DNA of 63,026 bases, the filler included, from Diploschistes diacapsis (lineage: Eukaryota), in NCBI GenBank assembly GCA_023645945.1. It is 6 parts of 6 records of this genome, joined end to end, with 100 filler letters (N's around TTAATTAATTAA, not from the genome) between each part and the next. Parts side by side here need not be neighbours in the genome. Positions count along the whole stretch, not along the records: positions 21,064 to 31,489 come from JALAIB010000926.1; positions 31,590 to 42,014 come from JALAIB010000927.1; 4 more parts are not named here. One strand, written 5' to 3'. Made by a program: the position numbers and the translations under genes. Of this stretch, positions 24,001-35,420 are shown one piece after another; the stretch's first letter is position 1; each line of letters begins with the position of its first letter. Under the pieces are notes generated by a model that searched no databases, was not told the DNA's origin, and saw only the letters and a program-made list of their open reading frames with translations.

Positions 24001-26794
24001 ATGACCGTGAGATCCCTGCACGAGAATATAAATACCTCTTCTGGGGACTTTCAATGCCGTGTACGTCCCTGGCATGTAACTGCGCACAAGATGGAATGCC
24101 TCTTCGCAAACGCTCGTCCAGGCTCCTCGAGCCGTTGCCAAATAAGGGAATGTATATATTTGTTTGTGAGATTACACAGTTCTGGGTTGGGTCAATAAGT
24201 CCTTCAAACAGATACGGTTTCCACCAGTGTGGACTGAGCAGCTCCACGTCCAAGAGGCTATAGACTCGGTCGCGTAGCGAGAAAGCCGCCTACAGAGGCT
24301 CACCAAGGCGACATTCGGACTTGGATAAGCCCACTCTTTTTTGTTGCTGGAAGAACTGGAAGAAGAACCTGGGAAGATTTATTCTCGTTGGCATGTTTCC
24401 TAGCTTTATCGCCAGAGGATCTTTGATCCGCTCTTCTTTCGGTCCTAGTATTTCCTATTTTGTTATAGATGGGTATTTGGCGCTGTAATTTGTAGCACAA
24501 GCCCTGGGCAGATCGGAGAGGAAGAGAGGAACCACTTTTTCCTAGTGGGTCATTACACTTGGTATCAAACGGGGATGTATATATCTTCTAACCCATGCCT
24601 CAGCACGGCTTCGATGCTTTTAAAGAGACAGCCACCAGCGTATCGAACGAAAGAGCTCAACGCCAAGTTAAGGCCGGCTGGAGTTGGGACAGCAGCACAT
24701 CTCCAGGGGTGGATAGCATCCTGGCTGAATTTGGGTATCTAGAGAGTTAGTCTTCCATAGCTGACAAGTGACTGTTATAGATCCTTTAACCTCAATTAAT
24801 TCTCCCCCTCTATTCAAATGACTGAGATCCTTTGGGAATCGCCCCATCCGGTCTCAACAGCAGGCTGTCCCTGCCAATATTGTGCTTCGTTTTTCAGACA
24901 TTGTCGCCGTGTGTTGCCCACTACCTGTGCTCCTTGACAGCCCAGCGTGTGCGTCTTCGCGTCGTCTGTAGTTTCAAACACGACATAGGCCTAGCGTCGG
25001 GCTTACGAGAGAGCGTGGCATCCCATCTAAACCCAAAGAAGAGACCGAGAGATGAAGCAAGGCAATTTGGCTACCACGACGCTGCCGGACCCTCCGTTGC
25101 CGATCTTGGCACGGAAGTGATGGATAAACCAAGAAGTCTTATGTATATCTCGCAAACCAATGCATGCAAGGTCCGAGCCGCCTCCCTTTAGCACATGCTG
25201 TAATCATGTTCCCTGCAAGTATGAAGATGCCGCCGTTGAAGTCATATACTATAAGGTTCTTTCTCCGAATCGCGCCTCAGAAGCTTCACCGTAGAAATTC
25301 GATGCAGAGACTTTTGTTTCACAACCCATACTTGGCTCTATACCAGAACACGAGGGTATCCTATGAGACACCGGGTGTGTGCATGGTTCTAGATTCAGAG
25401 TGTTTTCTCCTCGACACTCGAGATTGCAGTATTACCTGAACAGGTTTTAGTGTTGCTGTGAGCGAGCATCTAGTATGCGTTACACGACGTCGATTGCGAG
25501 ATGGGTCTTTATATAAAAGCCGAGGGCTGGTTCATGACGGCTCGCCTGGCCGGGTCGAATTGTTCGACAACAGGATACGTTCTCGCCTCATGAGGGGCTC
25601 CCAGCGATATGAGGGATACCATTATGCGGGCTTTGTCGAGTTCTTCTCCAGCCCCCATCTCTTCTATATGAAAGCAAAAGGCGCTGCAACTCGAAAATGT
25701 CGAAGTCCTGTGGTTATATGTGAACTCTCTTCTAATATGGACTGTTTGTCATGCTCTCTTCGATACTGTCCTCTTCGTTACTCTTACGAGTTGGCTGTCT
25801 GAAAGCTCGGAATCCAGCAAAATTCCCGCCTGGCACCCTTAGATATATCAATGATACGTCAACTACACATTCCTGCAGCAACAATCTTCAGGAGATAGAT
25901 TCAATTCTAACGCAAAGCCCGTGACGGAACGTCAAAGCTGCTCCGAGTCCAGTCCAGACCAGTCCTTGAATGGGGTATTGAAGAACGCGAAGATTAGTCG
26001 TAATGAAGTAATGTTAGAACCTCAATCAGTATTATGTTGCTGTTGAGATACAGGTTAAGGGATCAGCAAAATGAATGTCCAAGTTGTTTCAACTTAATGA
26101 AGGCCAGAGGATGTGTAATCTGAAGATGATCATCATCATATATAGTGGCGGCCTCTGCTAATGAGAACCATCTCCGTCTCCGAGATTAATGCGTGAGAAT
26201 GAGCTAGAAGTGAAAGAAAGCAGGAAGCTGATCGCTTTAAGTAGAGGTTCTGCGGAGGTTTCCACGTCACAAGCCAGCGGGTGAATGAATGCTGTAGGAG
26301 AGTGGACGTGTGCCGCTCATTCTGTTGAGGCCGAGTACGTGAATTCACTGCGTTGTTCTCCAGGGAGACTAACAATAGTCGTCCTCCGGGGAGTTATGAT
26401 ATGACTCGACTCTTGTGAGCATGTTTGCTGATATGAGTGAGTACCTGAATGTGATTTATATCAACCAACCAACCCCTAATCTGCTAGAACTCGATCAATG
26501 ATGCCAGCTGTAACCTAGATCAAGCACCCTTTATCAACAACTATTGTACACAAGTGGGCCAAAAACCAATAGTTTGCACGGTAGACCTCCATCACATACA
26601 AAACCTTCGGAGCAACAACTACTTAACAGACTTAAGATACTTGAAGCACTCCCTGGGCTTTCTACTTTGATTTTGTAACCGACCCCCAGCACCCCTGAGG
26701 CCCTTGGTGAATGCATAAGCAATAGAAGAGATATTTGCCCTCGAGACCTGCTGTTCAGTTCCAGTAGACTGTGGGTGTCTGCCAGCGGAGGGTC

Positions 26795-27281
26795 CTAACG
26801 GCGGTGTGTTGCGCTATGATGAATAGCGGAAGGCCTCCCGCGCCCTTGATTGTAGGTCTCTACGACCTGCGCCGCCAGTATCCTATCACGGCCCGCTAAT
26901 TTTTGTTTCAGAGCTTCGATTTCTCTTTGGTGGTCCGCAACATCCTCCATTAAACCTGCCTTCTGCTCATTAGCGACCTTTAATTCCTCTTCTGTCACCC
27001 TGTTCTGAGCCTCGAGAGACTCGGCGTGCGAGAGGAGGTCCTTCATCAACTTTGCCTTTTGCTCGTTAGCAAACCTTCAACTGGTCTTCCTTGACCCTAC
27101 GCTGAACCTCAAGAGTTTCGGCGCGTGTGAGGAGTTTCTCCGTATCCTCCAAGAAATGGTGCACACCCACGAGTTCACCTCCGCCCAAGTCGCGGCGGTA
27201 ACCGCGTAAGCGAGCCCAAAGTTGGGCAAGGTCTAATAGGGAAGCTGACATGTCCATGTCCGCGGATGAGAAGACCGACAT
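26795..27281 (-). pseudogene. Small coiled-coil ORF with a 32-aa internal tandem duplication, broken by a +1 frameshift
   Basis: LLTRAETLEVQRRVKEDQLKV-(extra T near 27071)-ANEQKAKLMKD followed by LLSHAESLEAQNRVTEEELKVANEQKAGLMED. Confidence 0.6.
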
Positions 27282-27556
27282 TGTATGTTGAGCTGAATTT
27301 CAGACGGAAAGTTCTGGATGAGGATGGTGGTGGAAGAAAGTGCTATAGAGATTAGGAGATGTTTGAAAACATAATGCTGCATCGCAAGTCTCAACAACTG
27401 TTTCTTGAGCAGTGTACAGTCCTCAACTGATTGCCCAAAGCATGGCGAAAGAAACCTAGATTGGACAACGTGACTCAGGGGTTGTAAGAAATTCATACAC
27501 AAGCGAGCATTCATCACCACCTCAACCGTATGTACACTATCACTGACTGTCATCAT

Positions 27557-28433
27557 TTATAGAGACATCAGAGCTCCTACGCTCAAAACTAACCACAAGC
27601 CCCATGCTCCAAAGAATGAAGAACCGGGGTTGCTCCAGGCTGTTGGTGAAAGTGCAGTCGAGGCACCGCAGGCCGTGCTGTTTGTACAAGACTGGACATT
27701 CGCCGTAAAACTTCCAATGACATTACCTCGAGGGTAGTACTCGCACACCACATACCTATCCGTGGCGGCCAATCAGCAACCGACCAGTCACAATAATATG
27801 TCAATGGTATATCACTTACCACCCCGGAACGCCTCCCTGCCCATTACAAAACTTTCTACCGCACCCAACTGCTGTTGTCGCCTTCCAAACTAGCTGAGTG
27901 AAGTGTCCTGTCGACTCGCTGAAATCTCCGCTCGAGAAGTCATACTGTGACGCCTCGTTTCCCCAGGCCTCAATCGAGGCAGTTGCATTGGCATATCCCT
28001 CTGCAAGATTTTCTCCGTACGCTCCGCCCTGCACATTCTCCAATCAGTCGCTACACTTGGAAGCTCTTTGATTGCTGCTGTTGTGACTCACAGAATGTGA
28101 GAAGTCGCATTTGCCTACATAGTCGGTAGCATAGCTCGCTAAGCTGGTGTTCCACTGCACAGCAGACGCATTGTAGTCGCTTCGGTAAACCTACGTGCAA
28201 GACTTCAGAAGAGATTAAAGGAAGAGAAATTGTCAGGATATCCTGCATACGTTGGTACTATTCAGTACTGCGTTCTGGAAGAGCTGGTCCGAGGTGAAAG
28301 AGGGCTCAGTCGTAGGCTCTGCCGCCGCCGCCGTCGCCGTCGAGACGATAAGAGTGGTCACCACAGCAGGCGTCTGTGCAAGTATTCCAGTGAACAGTGA
28401 GAAAAGGACTCCAGCGGCAGCTGGAGACAACAT
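27557..28433 (-). CDS. CAP/SCP (PR-1/PRY1-like) secreted protein, probably GPI-anchored
   Basis: Signal peptide, YGENLA, GHFTQLVWK..VGCG, YVVCEYYPRGNV and a hydrophobic C-terminus; several introns. Confidence 0.9.
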
Positions 28434-28828
28434 TCTCGCTGCGTACTCAAACACTGCGTATAGGCACAGAAAGCAGAGGGTGAGTGCACGTTGACCGGAG
28501 GACGACCACCATGTTTAAGCGAAAGGCAGGAGCACATGGTTGAAGTTGTCGTGGATTTTAGCGTCGCATCCCATCATCGAAAGATGTGACTTCTCATCTC
28601 AATTCATCTATTTTCTGTCAGGGGTTGCCCCTGGTTGTCAACGGCGTCCAACGGCTTGAGATGAAAATAACGCGGCGCTTGCGAATAAAAGTGACGTTGA
28701 GTGGCTGGAGGATGATGCAGGACATCAACACGAACCACCCGCGTATTTCTTCTCTTTTTGCACAGGTAATGTTAAGAGTTGCGAAGGTACTGTACTGGAA
28801 ATAGCTTCAAAACTGGAGCGATTGCTAT

Positions 28829-30444
28829 TTAATGTCTCCAAAGTTTAACTACCTTGTCTTTGCCTCCGCTTCCGACCTTCTGTCCGTCTGGAGACCAGTC
28901 TACAGCATAGGCTTCATCCCGGTGGCCGGGTAAATCCTCCTTCAACTTTCCTGTAGAACAGTCCCATACCTTCAGCGTCATATCCTTACTACAACTCACT
29001 AATAGTCTACTGTCTGCTGAAAAGCTTGCCATGTACACTGGGCCGACGTGCCCTCGCAGCGTAAACAGAAACCTGCCGTCCGAAGCACTCCAGAGCTTCA
29101 CATGATTGTCAAACGCTGCAGAAGCAATAAGGCGGCCGTTTGGGGAAAAGCTAACGTGATTGACCTGCTTTTGGTGTCCGAGCAGACGAGTCACCGGTTT
29201 CGTGCTTGTGGAAGGGTTCCAGAGGTAGATTGTGCAGTCGTCGCTTGCGGATATCAGACGCTCGACAATTTCGTTGCTCACTTTAGCAGCCTTTTCGAAT
29301 CGATCCTTGGCCTTAGCAAGCTTCTCCTCTTCTGATGATGGAATAACGCCGGTATGATCGTGGTAAGCAGTTCGGAGAACGAAATCTGTCGATAGGGCCA
29401 AATGATTTACCCAGTGAGCGTGAGCTGTCAGGTTGCTGATCATGACCCCTTTGGCCGCGTCCCATATCTTCACGGTCTTATCCTGTGAGGAGGTATATAT
29501 TCTACCAGTTCCCCCCCAACGCACGCAGGACACCGAGCCCTTGTGTCCACTCAGAACGAAGTCTGTTCGTCTTGTAACCGCATCCCAGATTCGGACTGTC
29601 GAGTCTTTCGAGGCTGAAGCTAAGCGTGGTCTCCCAAGAGCCTGTAAATGATATGGTTCCCATGCAATACTCCGCACCCATTTTGTGTGCCCTTTCAGTG
29701 GCGAACCATGAGGTTGTCCTGTGCTCGCATCCCATAAGCGAACGGTATTGTCCATACTGCCGGTCGCCATCAAGCTGGCATCGGGCGACCAGCTAACGAC
29801 CAGCACCCAGCTGGTATGTCCTTTCAGTGTATACTGCGGGGTCCCGGTGTCACAGTCCCACACTCTTGCTGTATTATCTCCAGCGCCGGTCAGCAACTTT
29901 CCAGATGATGCGGGAGAGAATTGCGCCGCGAGAATGGCCTCTCCGTGGCCGGGAATGGACGAGGCGCATCGTGAAACGGAGCGAACGTGGAAGACTGCCT
30001 GTGGTTTGCACTGCAGGTATATTGTTTCTTCCGTGCTCTTGACCTTTGGCTCTAGTATTGAATGATATATGTCGCGAGCGATGTCCACACTGCTGGGAAG
30101 GGGGCCTTGATTATCGGAAGCATTATTGATCAAGCTAAATCTGTACGGCACACGTTCAGAAGCGTTCTTTTCCCCGATAAGCGCAGTGATGATGAAGGAC
30201 ACGATGTCAGTACCTGTTTACCCAGAAGCGAATTGACGAGCAGCTCAAGGTTCTTTACTGTTGCATCTATAACCGGTACGGCAATCGTGTCACCGATAGC
30301 ATTTCCGGTTATTTCGTCGAAGAACCGGAGCCTAACGTTACCTAAGTCGGAGGGTATGGTATCGAGAACATCCTGCTGTTCACGCGCACGCTCCGCTTCC
30401 GCCGTCCTCTGCTTCTTGCTTGGGGGGGGGAGTACGGTGGCCAT
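28829..30444 (-). CDS. RSA4: Ribosome assembly protein 4 / Notchless (NLE domain + WD40)
   Basis: MATVLPPPSKKQR start, PQAVF.V, GHGEAIL..QFSP, WEPYHL, HAHWVNHLALSTDF and LPGHRDE. One intron near 30167-30213. Confidence 0.95.
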
Positions 30445-30515
30445 GCTTGCAATAAGTCGCTTGAGTATGCAAAAGCTCCCCAGTTGCTGCAGAATGTTTT
30501 TTTGTTGGGGGCTCG

Positions 30516-30542
30516 TCTTATCTAATCTTATCTAATCTTATC
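30516..30542 (-). promoter_or_regulatory. Three 10-bp-phased GATAAGA motifs upstream of RSA4
   Basis: TCTTATCTAA TCTTATCTAA TCTTATC, about 70-100 bp upstream of the ATG. Confidence 0.4.
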
Positions 30543-30606
30543 ATATGTTTTCCAGAGCCATGTGGAGTCACCTGACGCCCATGCTTCGAAAAGTCTTTTA
30601 CTTGTA

Positions 30607-31489
30607 GAGTGTTGCCCCTAGTAACCGAGCGGACCTTAGTAACCGATCATCCATAAGCGCTTTTTATACCCAAAATGCCTTTTCCTTTTTTATCTATTAT
30701 AAGCTTCAAAAAATTTTTTATTTTTTATTAATTTAATCCTAAATATTTTCGATGATGGAAAATGTTTTTATCGAAGCGAAAACTCGATTTCCCTTATTAT
30801 CGCTTCGTAAAATCGCTCGATGTAATAATATTCCTTTCTTTTCTTTTCTCGACAAGTTTAATAACCGTTTTAGAAGATTTATTAATTATGAAGCGTAGTA
30901 ATTTTTAATTGTTGAATAAAAGAATATCCTCGCGAGATATATGGAGCGTTTATAGGCCGAAGGATTCTTTATTTTTGTCGTAATGTTTAAAAATTTAGCG
31001 GCGGAGATCTAGAATACTTCTGAGCTTAATAACTAGCGCTAGCTAGGCCGTCACTGGCCGTAGCGCTTTTTAGGAAGATATCCAGAATTAAGTACAGTTT
31101 AGAATAGCTTTATTTCAAGTAAACAAACCGACGTCGCGGCGTCGGGAATTTTACGCCCGTTTTTAGAACGTTTTTAAGAACTCCGCGTCTAGTATAACGT
31201 TATTTTTAGAAATATTTAAAATATAAACGAAAAAAGGATCCAATTCGGCGTTAAAGAACGTACGAAAGTCGTTATATGTATCTTTTATCGTTAAATCGAT
31301 CGTCAGCGTTTTATCGCGTGTACTCGCGATCTAGCGACGATAGTCGAGACTGTCTCGATTAGAAAAAAATGGCTTTTTTCTTTAATTATTTTTAAAGATA
31401 AAGAATTATAAATAAAATAAATAAAAAATATTATCCTTTTAAATAAATTTACGTTTTAATATTTATAGATTTATTAATAATTTTATAAA
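30607..31489 (+). mobile_element. RIP-inactivated Fot1/pogo (Tc1/mariner) transposon, left part
   Basis: TA + TIR GAGTGTTGCCCCTAGTAACCGAGCGGACCTTAGTAACCGA. Relic transposase LSLRKIAR, LGRHWP*RFLGRYPEL, NI*NINEKRIQFG (HTH and start of DDE) with many TAA/TAG stops. Confidence 0.85.
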
Positions 31490-31589
31490 NNNNNNNNNNN
31501 NNNNNNNNNNNNNNNNNNNNNNNNNNNNNNNNNTTAATTAATTAANNNNNNNNNNNNNNNNNNNNNNNNNNNNNNNNNNNNNNNNNNNN
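31490..31589. other. Artificial contig spacer
   Basis: N-TTAATTAATTAA-N. Confidence 0.97.
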
Positions 31590-31849
31590 GTAGATAAATG
31601 ATTAAAAAGTAATATTTTGAAAGAAAAAAAAATAACGATTAATTTCGAAGAATTATTGAAGAATAAAACTATTTCTTGGCAAAAGTGGCGGGAATCCCTG
31701 TCAAACACGTTATAACTATTATTCGATTTATAAAGCTTTAAATTAATCATTTTTAGAGATATTTTATTTTAAATATTTATTACTATAGTTTTGTTATTAT
31801 ATCACGTGTTCGGTTACTAGGGTCTGTTCGGGTACTAAGGTCACGACTC
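31590..31849 (+). mobile_element. Right end and TIR of a Fot1/pogo-type transposon, RIP-mutated
   Basis: TIR TCGGTTACTAGGGTCTGTTCGGGTACTAAGGTCACGACTC followed by TA; AT-rich interior. Confidence 0.75.
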
Positions 31850-31988
31850 TAGTTCTGACTGACACTGAGGCTTCCTACCCATTCGCAGACGGAGCACATC
31901 AATTGTGAAGAGTTTTTTCCAGGCCCTTTGTTGGCCCCAGCTTTCACCGGAAGGCTGTTATGAGCTGAACTAATTTCAATCTACGTTA

Positions 31989-34961
31989 ATGGCATCTGCG
32001 CCTGTGCCAGCTGCTGTATCCACTGACAGCTCTCATTCCTCCCACAATAAGTCTGGATTTGAGCGCTCCAGCATTATACCAGATCTGGAGCACGTTGGCT
32101 GCTATACAGGTTGCCAATTGAAGTTACACCAAGTCATTAGTCACGCTACTGTGAATCATAACTCATTTGCCTACCATGCTAGATCCTCCATCTTTGCTGT
32201 CTGCGCAGGCTCCATGGCCATAGTTAACCATGTTGATGAAGCCTCCAACATCAAGCAAAGGCATTATCGCGCCAGTAGCGGGATTCCGCGCGTAAGTTCC
32301 TCAGCTTATTTTGAGTCGGTGACTTCGAGCCCGCTGGAGAAACGGGGTCGAGGACTTGAGCCGTCAAGGAGGATTTGGGGGGCGACTTCATCACCCTTCA
32401 CAGAAGGAAAAGCCTCGCCTACCCCTTTAACCTACGCGCAGAAGTCTAGGTCTGTGACATCGTTGGCCATCAGCCCTGACGGTAAGTATCTTGCAGTGGG
32501 TGAAATCGGTCATACTCCACGTATCCTACTTTTTAGTTTAGGCTCCGATGGCGAGCAAGGGCCAATCGCCGAAGTACATGAACACGCATACGCTGTTAAA
32601 TGCCTGGCTTTTTCTCCTGACAGCCGCTTTCTTGTTTCCGTAGGGGATGTCCATGATGGATTCATATGCCTGTGGTCCCTAGGAGCCCGCACAGGAAGCC
32701 TCAAGCTGCAAGCAAGTAACAAGTGTATAGCAGTCATTCACGAGGTCTCATGGATGGGCTTGTATAGCTTCATCACGGTAGGCATACGACATGTCAAAAT
32801 CTGGCGACCAGAGAAGCATCCACCCTCTTCGCCAACGAATTCGAGAGCCCAACAGCGTGCAAAAAGTAGCTCTGTGCCTTCTAGTCCTGCTCCAACAGGT
32901 CTTCCGGGAAGAAATGTGCTCCTAGCCTCTCTCCAACAAGCCAGCTTCACTGCAGTCAAAGCATTCTCAAACTGCAGCGCTGTCATCGGCTCAGATAAGG
33001 GCGACATTGCTTTGCTCACCAGTACAGCCGGATCGCACAAGTTACAAAAGGTTTTCGAGGCTGGCGCGGCTGTTCGATGCATCACCCTAGATAGAATCGA
33101 GCGGTTTCTCTGGGTGGGCTGTCAGTCAGGGACTGCTTGGGCAATTCCCATTGCTCAGTTGGCTTTCGAAGCTTCGCATGATCCATGGAAACCGTTCGAA
33201 ATAAGACTCGGCTATGCTCCGGTGGGTTTAGCAATCTTTGACAATAGCCTCTTAGCAATGGACCCCCGAAGAGCTTTCCACTTCTACAGTTTAACAGCCA
33301 ACAGCGGCACTCCGACGCTGGGCCCCATTCGAGCCGAAATGTTCAGTCATTCGGCTCCAGTAGCTGGAGCTAGCTTCGTCCGAGATACGTCCGGAGGTAA
33401 TTTCTTCGTGACCTACGACACCACAGGCAGCGTTATGTTTTGGACAGTCGATGGTAACCATCAAGGATCCGGGGAAGTAATGATTGAACAACATGGTACA
33501 GATCCCAACGAACTTCGCATTCTCCGCCCATCCGCGTCTGGTGATGCGTTTCTCGCAGGCGATAAAAATGGCTTCCTGAGGTACATTGTGTCCTACTTGG
33601 GCTCTTGAATCTTGCTCACTTATGATGATAGCTTGTTGGGGAGGGAGCTGGACAGACGTGCTCTTGTAAGAGCGCACCACAACGAAATCAACGATATTGT
33701 GTTCCGTAACGTACAAGATCATGGCACGTTTTGCGTGACAGCTGGCCGTGACCGTATAATTCAGGTATTCCGTATCATCGACGACAATCTTGACCTGATC
33801 CAGACCATCGACCAGCATGGAAGCGCTGTCAACAAACTCTTGTTTTCAGAAGAGGCGCAATTGCTGCTTTCGCTATCCTCAGATAGGACGATTGTTTTCA
33901 GTAGCTTGGCGAAGAACAAAGAGTCATTTGCATTTGTACATCTGCGCACTCTAACCTTTAGGCAATCACCAATTGCAATGGCATTGAATTCCCAAGTGCC
34001 GGAGAGCTTGATTGTGGCCACTGCTGATAAGCAGCTTCATCGATATAGCACCGCCTCAGGTCAGTTGAAGAACGTCGTACGGACCACAGATACGCACCTG
34101 CCCGTCACCATGGATGCAATGACTGCCCATATACTGAGGGCGGATGAGAAATGGTCCAGTGTGTTGATTGGATATTCAGCAACGGATCGCTCGATTAGAG
34201 TCCAGGATGTCGAGAGTGGTGCGACTTTGGCGAAAGGGTACGGGCACTCCGAGAGCATAAGCGCTGTGTGTATCCTTGATAAACCTCACCTGAACGATTC
34301 GACTACCACAATCATTACCTCTAGCCTTGATGGCTCTGTACGTATTGGCCCTGCACCACATTGTGTCCTTCAGAAGCCGTAACCGTTAGATTTGCTGACC
34401 TTGAGACGTCTGCAGGTCATGCTTTGGCAGCTATCGCATTCCACCACTAGCCAATTAAAGGAAATACGAACGAACCAAAGCTGCAAGACCGACCTGCCCA
34501 TAATGCCTGCTCCTCTTCGGAAGGTTCTGTCGAAGTCGCTCTTAACAGGATTCACTGCGGCCGTAGACTCGTCTTCTGTCCCTAGAACCCCAACGTGTGA
34601 GGTTTCTCCCGCGCTCTCGCCAATCTACCTCTCCAAGCGATCATTGAGCAGCTCGCCACCCAAACTACTTCACTCGATTAGAAAGGGGCGACAGAAATTG
34701 CCCGTACAAAACCCAGGCACTCGGGTCCATGGGCTAAAAATGAGTAGAAGTAGTTCGTTCGAGGAGGAGATAACGGACGGGGGATCAAATACGTCTAAGC
34801 ACCTTCTAAACCAACTCCTGGAAGATCTCCATCGTTTGCGTCAGGATCTGGTCACCAGAGCAAGATTGTACGACGCGGATACCCTACTAAAGGTCCAGGC
34901 CGAACTTCAGCTCACAATGCAAGCCACAATCCATCATGCTGCATGTAAAGAGAGCCGATGA
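31989..34961 (+). CDS. Large WD40-repeat protein (MAPKBP1/WDR62-like fungal family), 3 exons
   Basis: LAISPDGKYLAVGEIGHTPRI, LAFSPDSRFLVSVG..HDGFI, LPGRNVLL, TAGRDR.IQVF, GHSE. Introns near 33581-33631 and 34338-34415. Confidence 0.85.
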
Positions 34962-35420
34962 CAGGCATTTCATGGCTAAGTAAATCGTAAGGAAGACAAA
35001 CAAGCAACAGTTATCTACCTTTCGAATCGCACTAGCGTTGGGTGGTCGCAACCTATAGAATATGAGCGAACATGCCGCACACAGTCAGCTATGGCCAATA
35101 GTCTGCTTTCCGTCAAGAAGCATGACTGAGGGCACTCATAAGCGTGCTAAGCCCAGAAATCAAAATTAATTAGGATGGTGCCATGATTTCAGCGCAGGCT
35201 TGACTGCGATTGGTAGATGTGCGGGAGATTAAACATCGACGGCATCGTCTCGATTGTACTTTGCTTATACCAGTATTAGCTAAGCTTAAGAATATGAGAC
35301 TATGCCGTTGATCAATTGGGTCTAATTGAGTATGGCCAAAGGCCTTGCAGAGGAAAGTTGAAAACTCATCAACCAAACAAAAAATGTATAACGTACATCA
35401 CCTGCCAGCTTTCAGAGGTG

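Noticed and set aside
30607..31849. Left and right pogo TIRs flanking the 31490 gap as one complete transposon
   Set aside because: Contigs are ordered by size, so the adjacency is most likely coincidental. The two TIRs also differ from each other more than 31810 differs from 10671.
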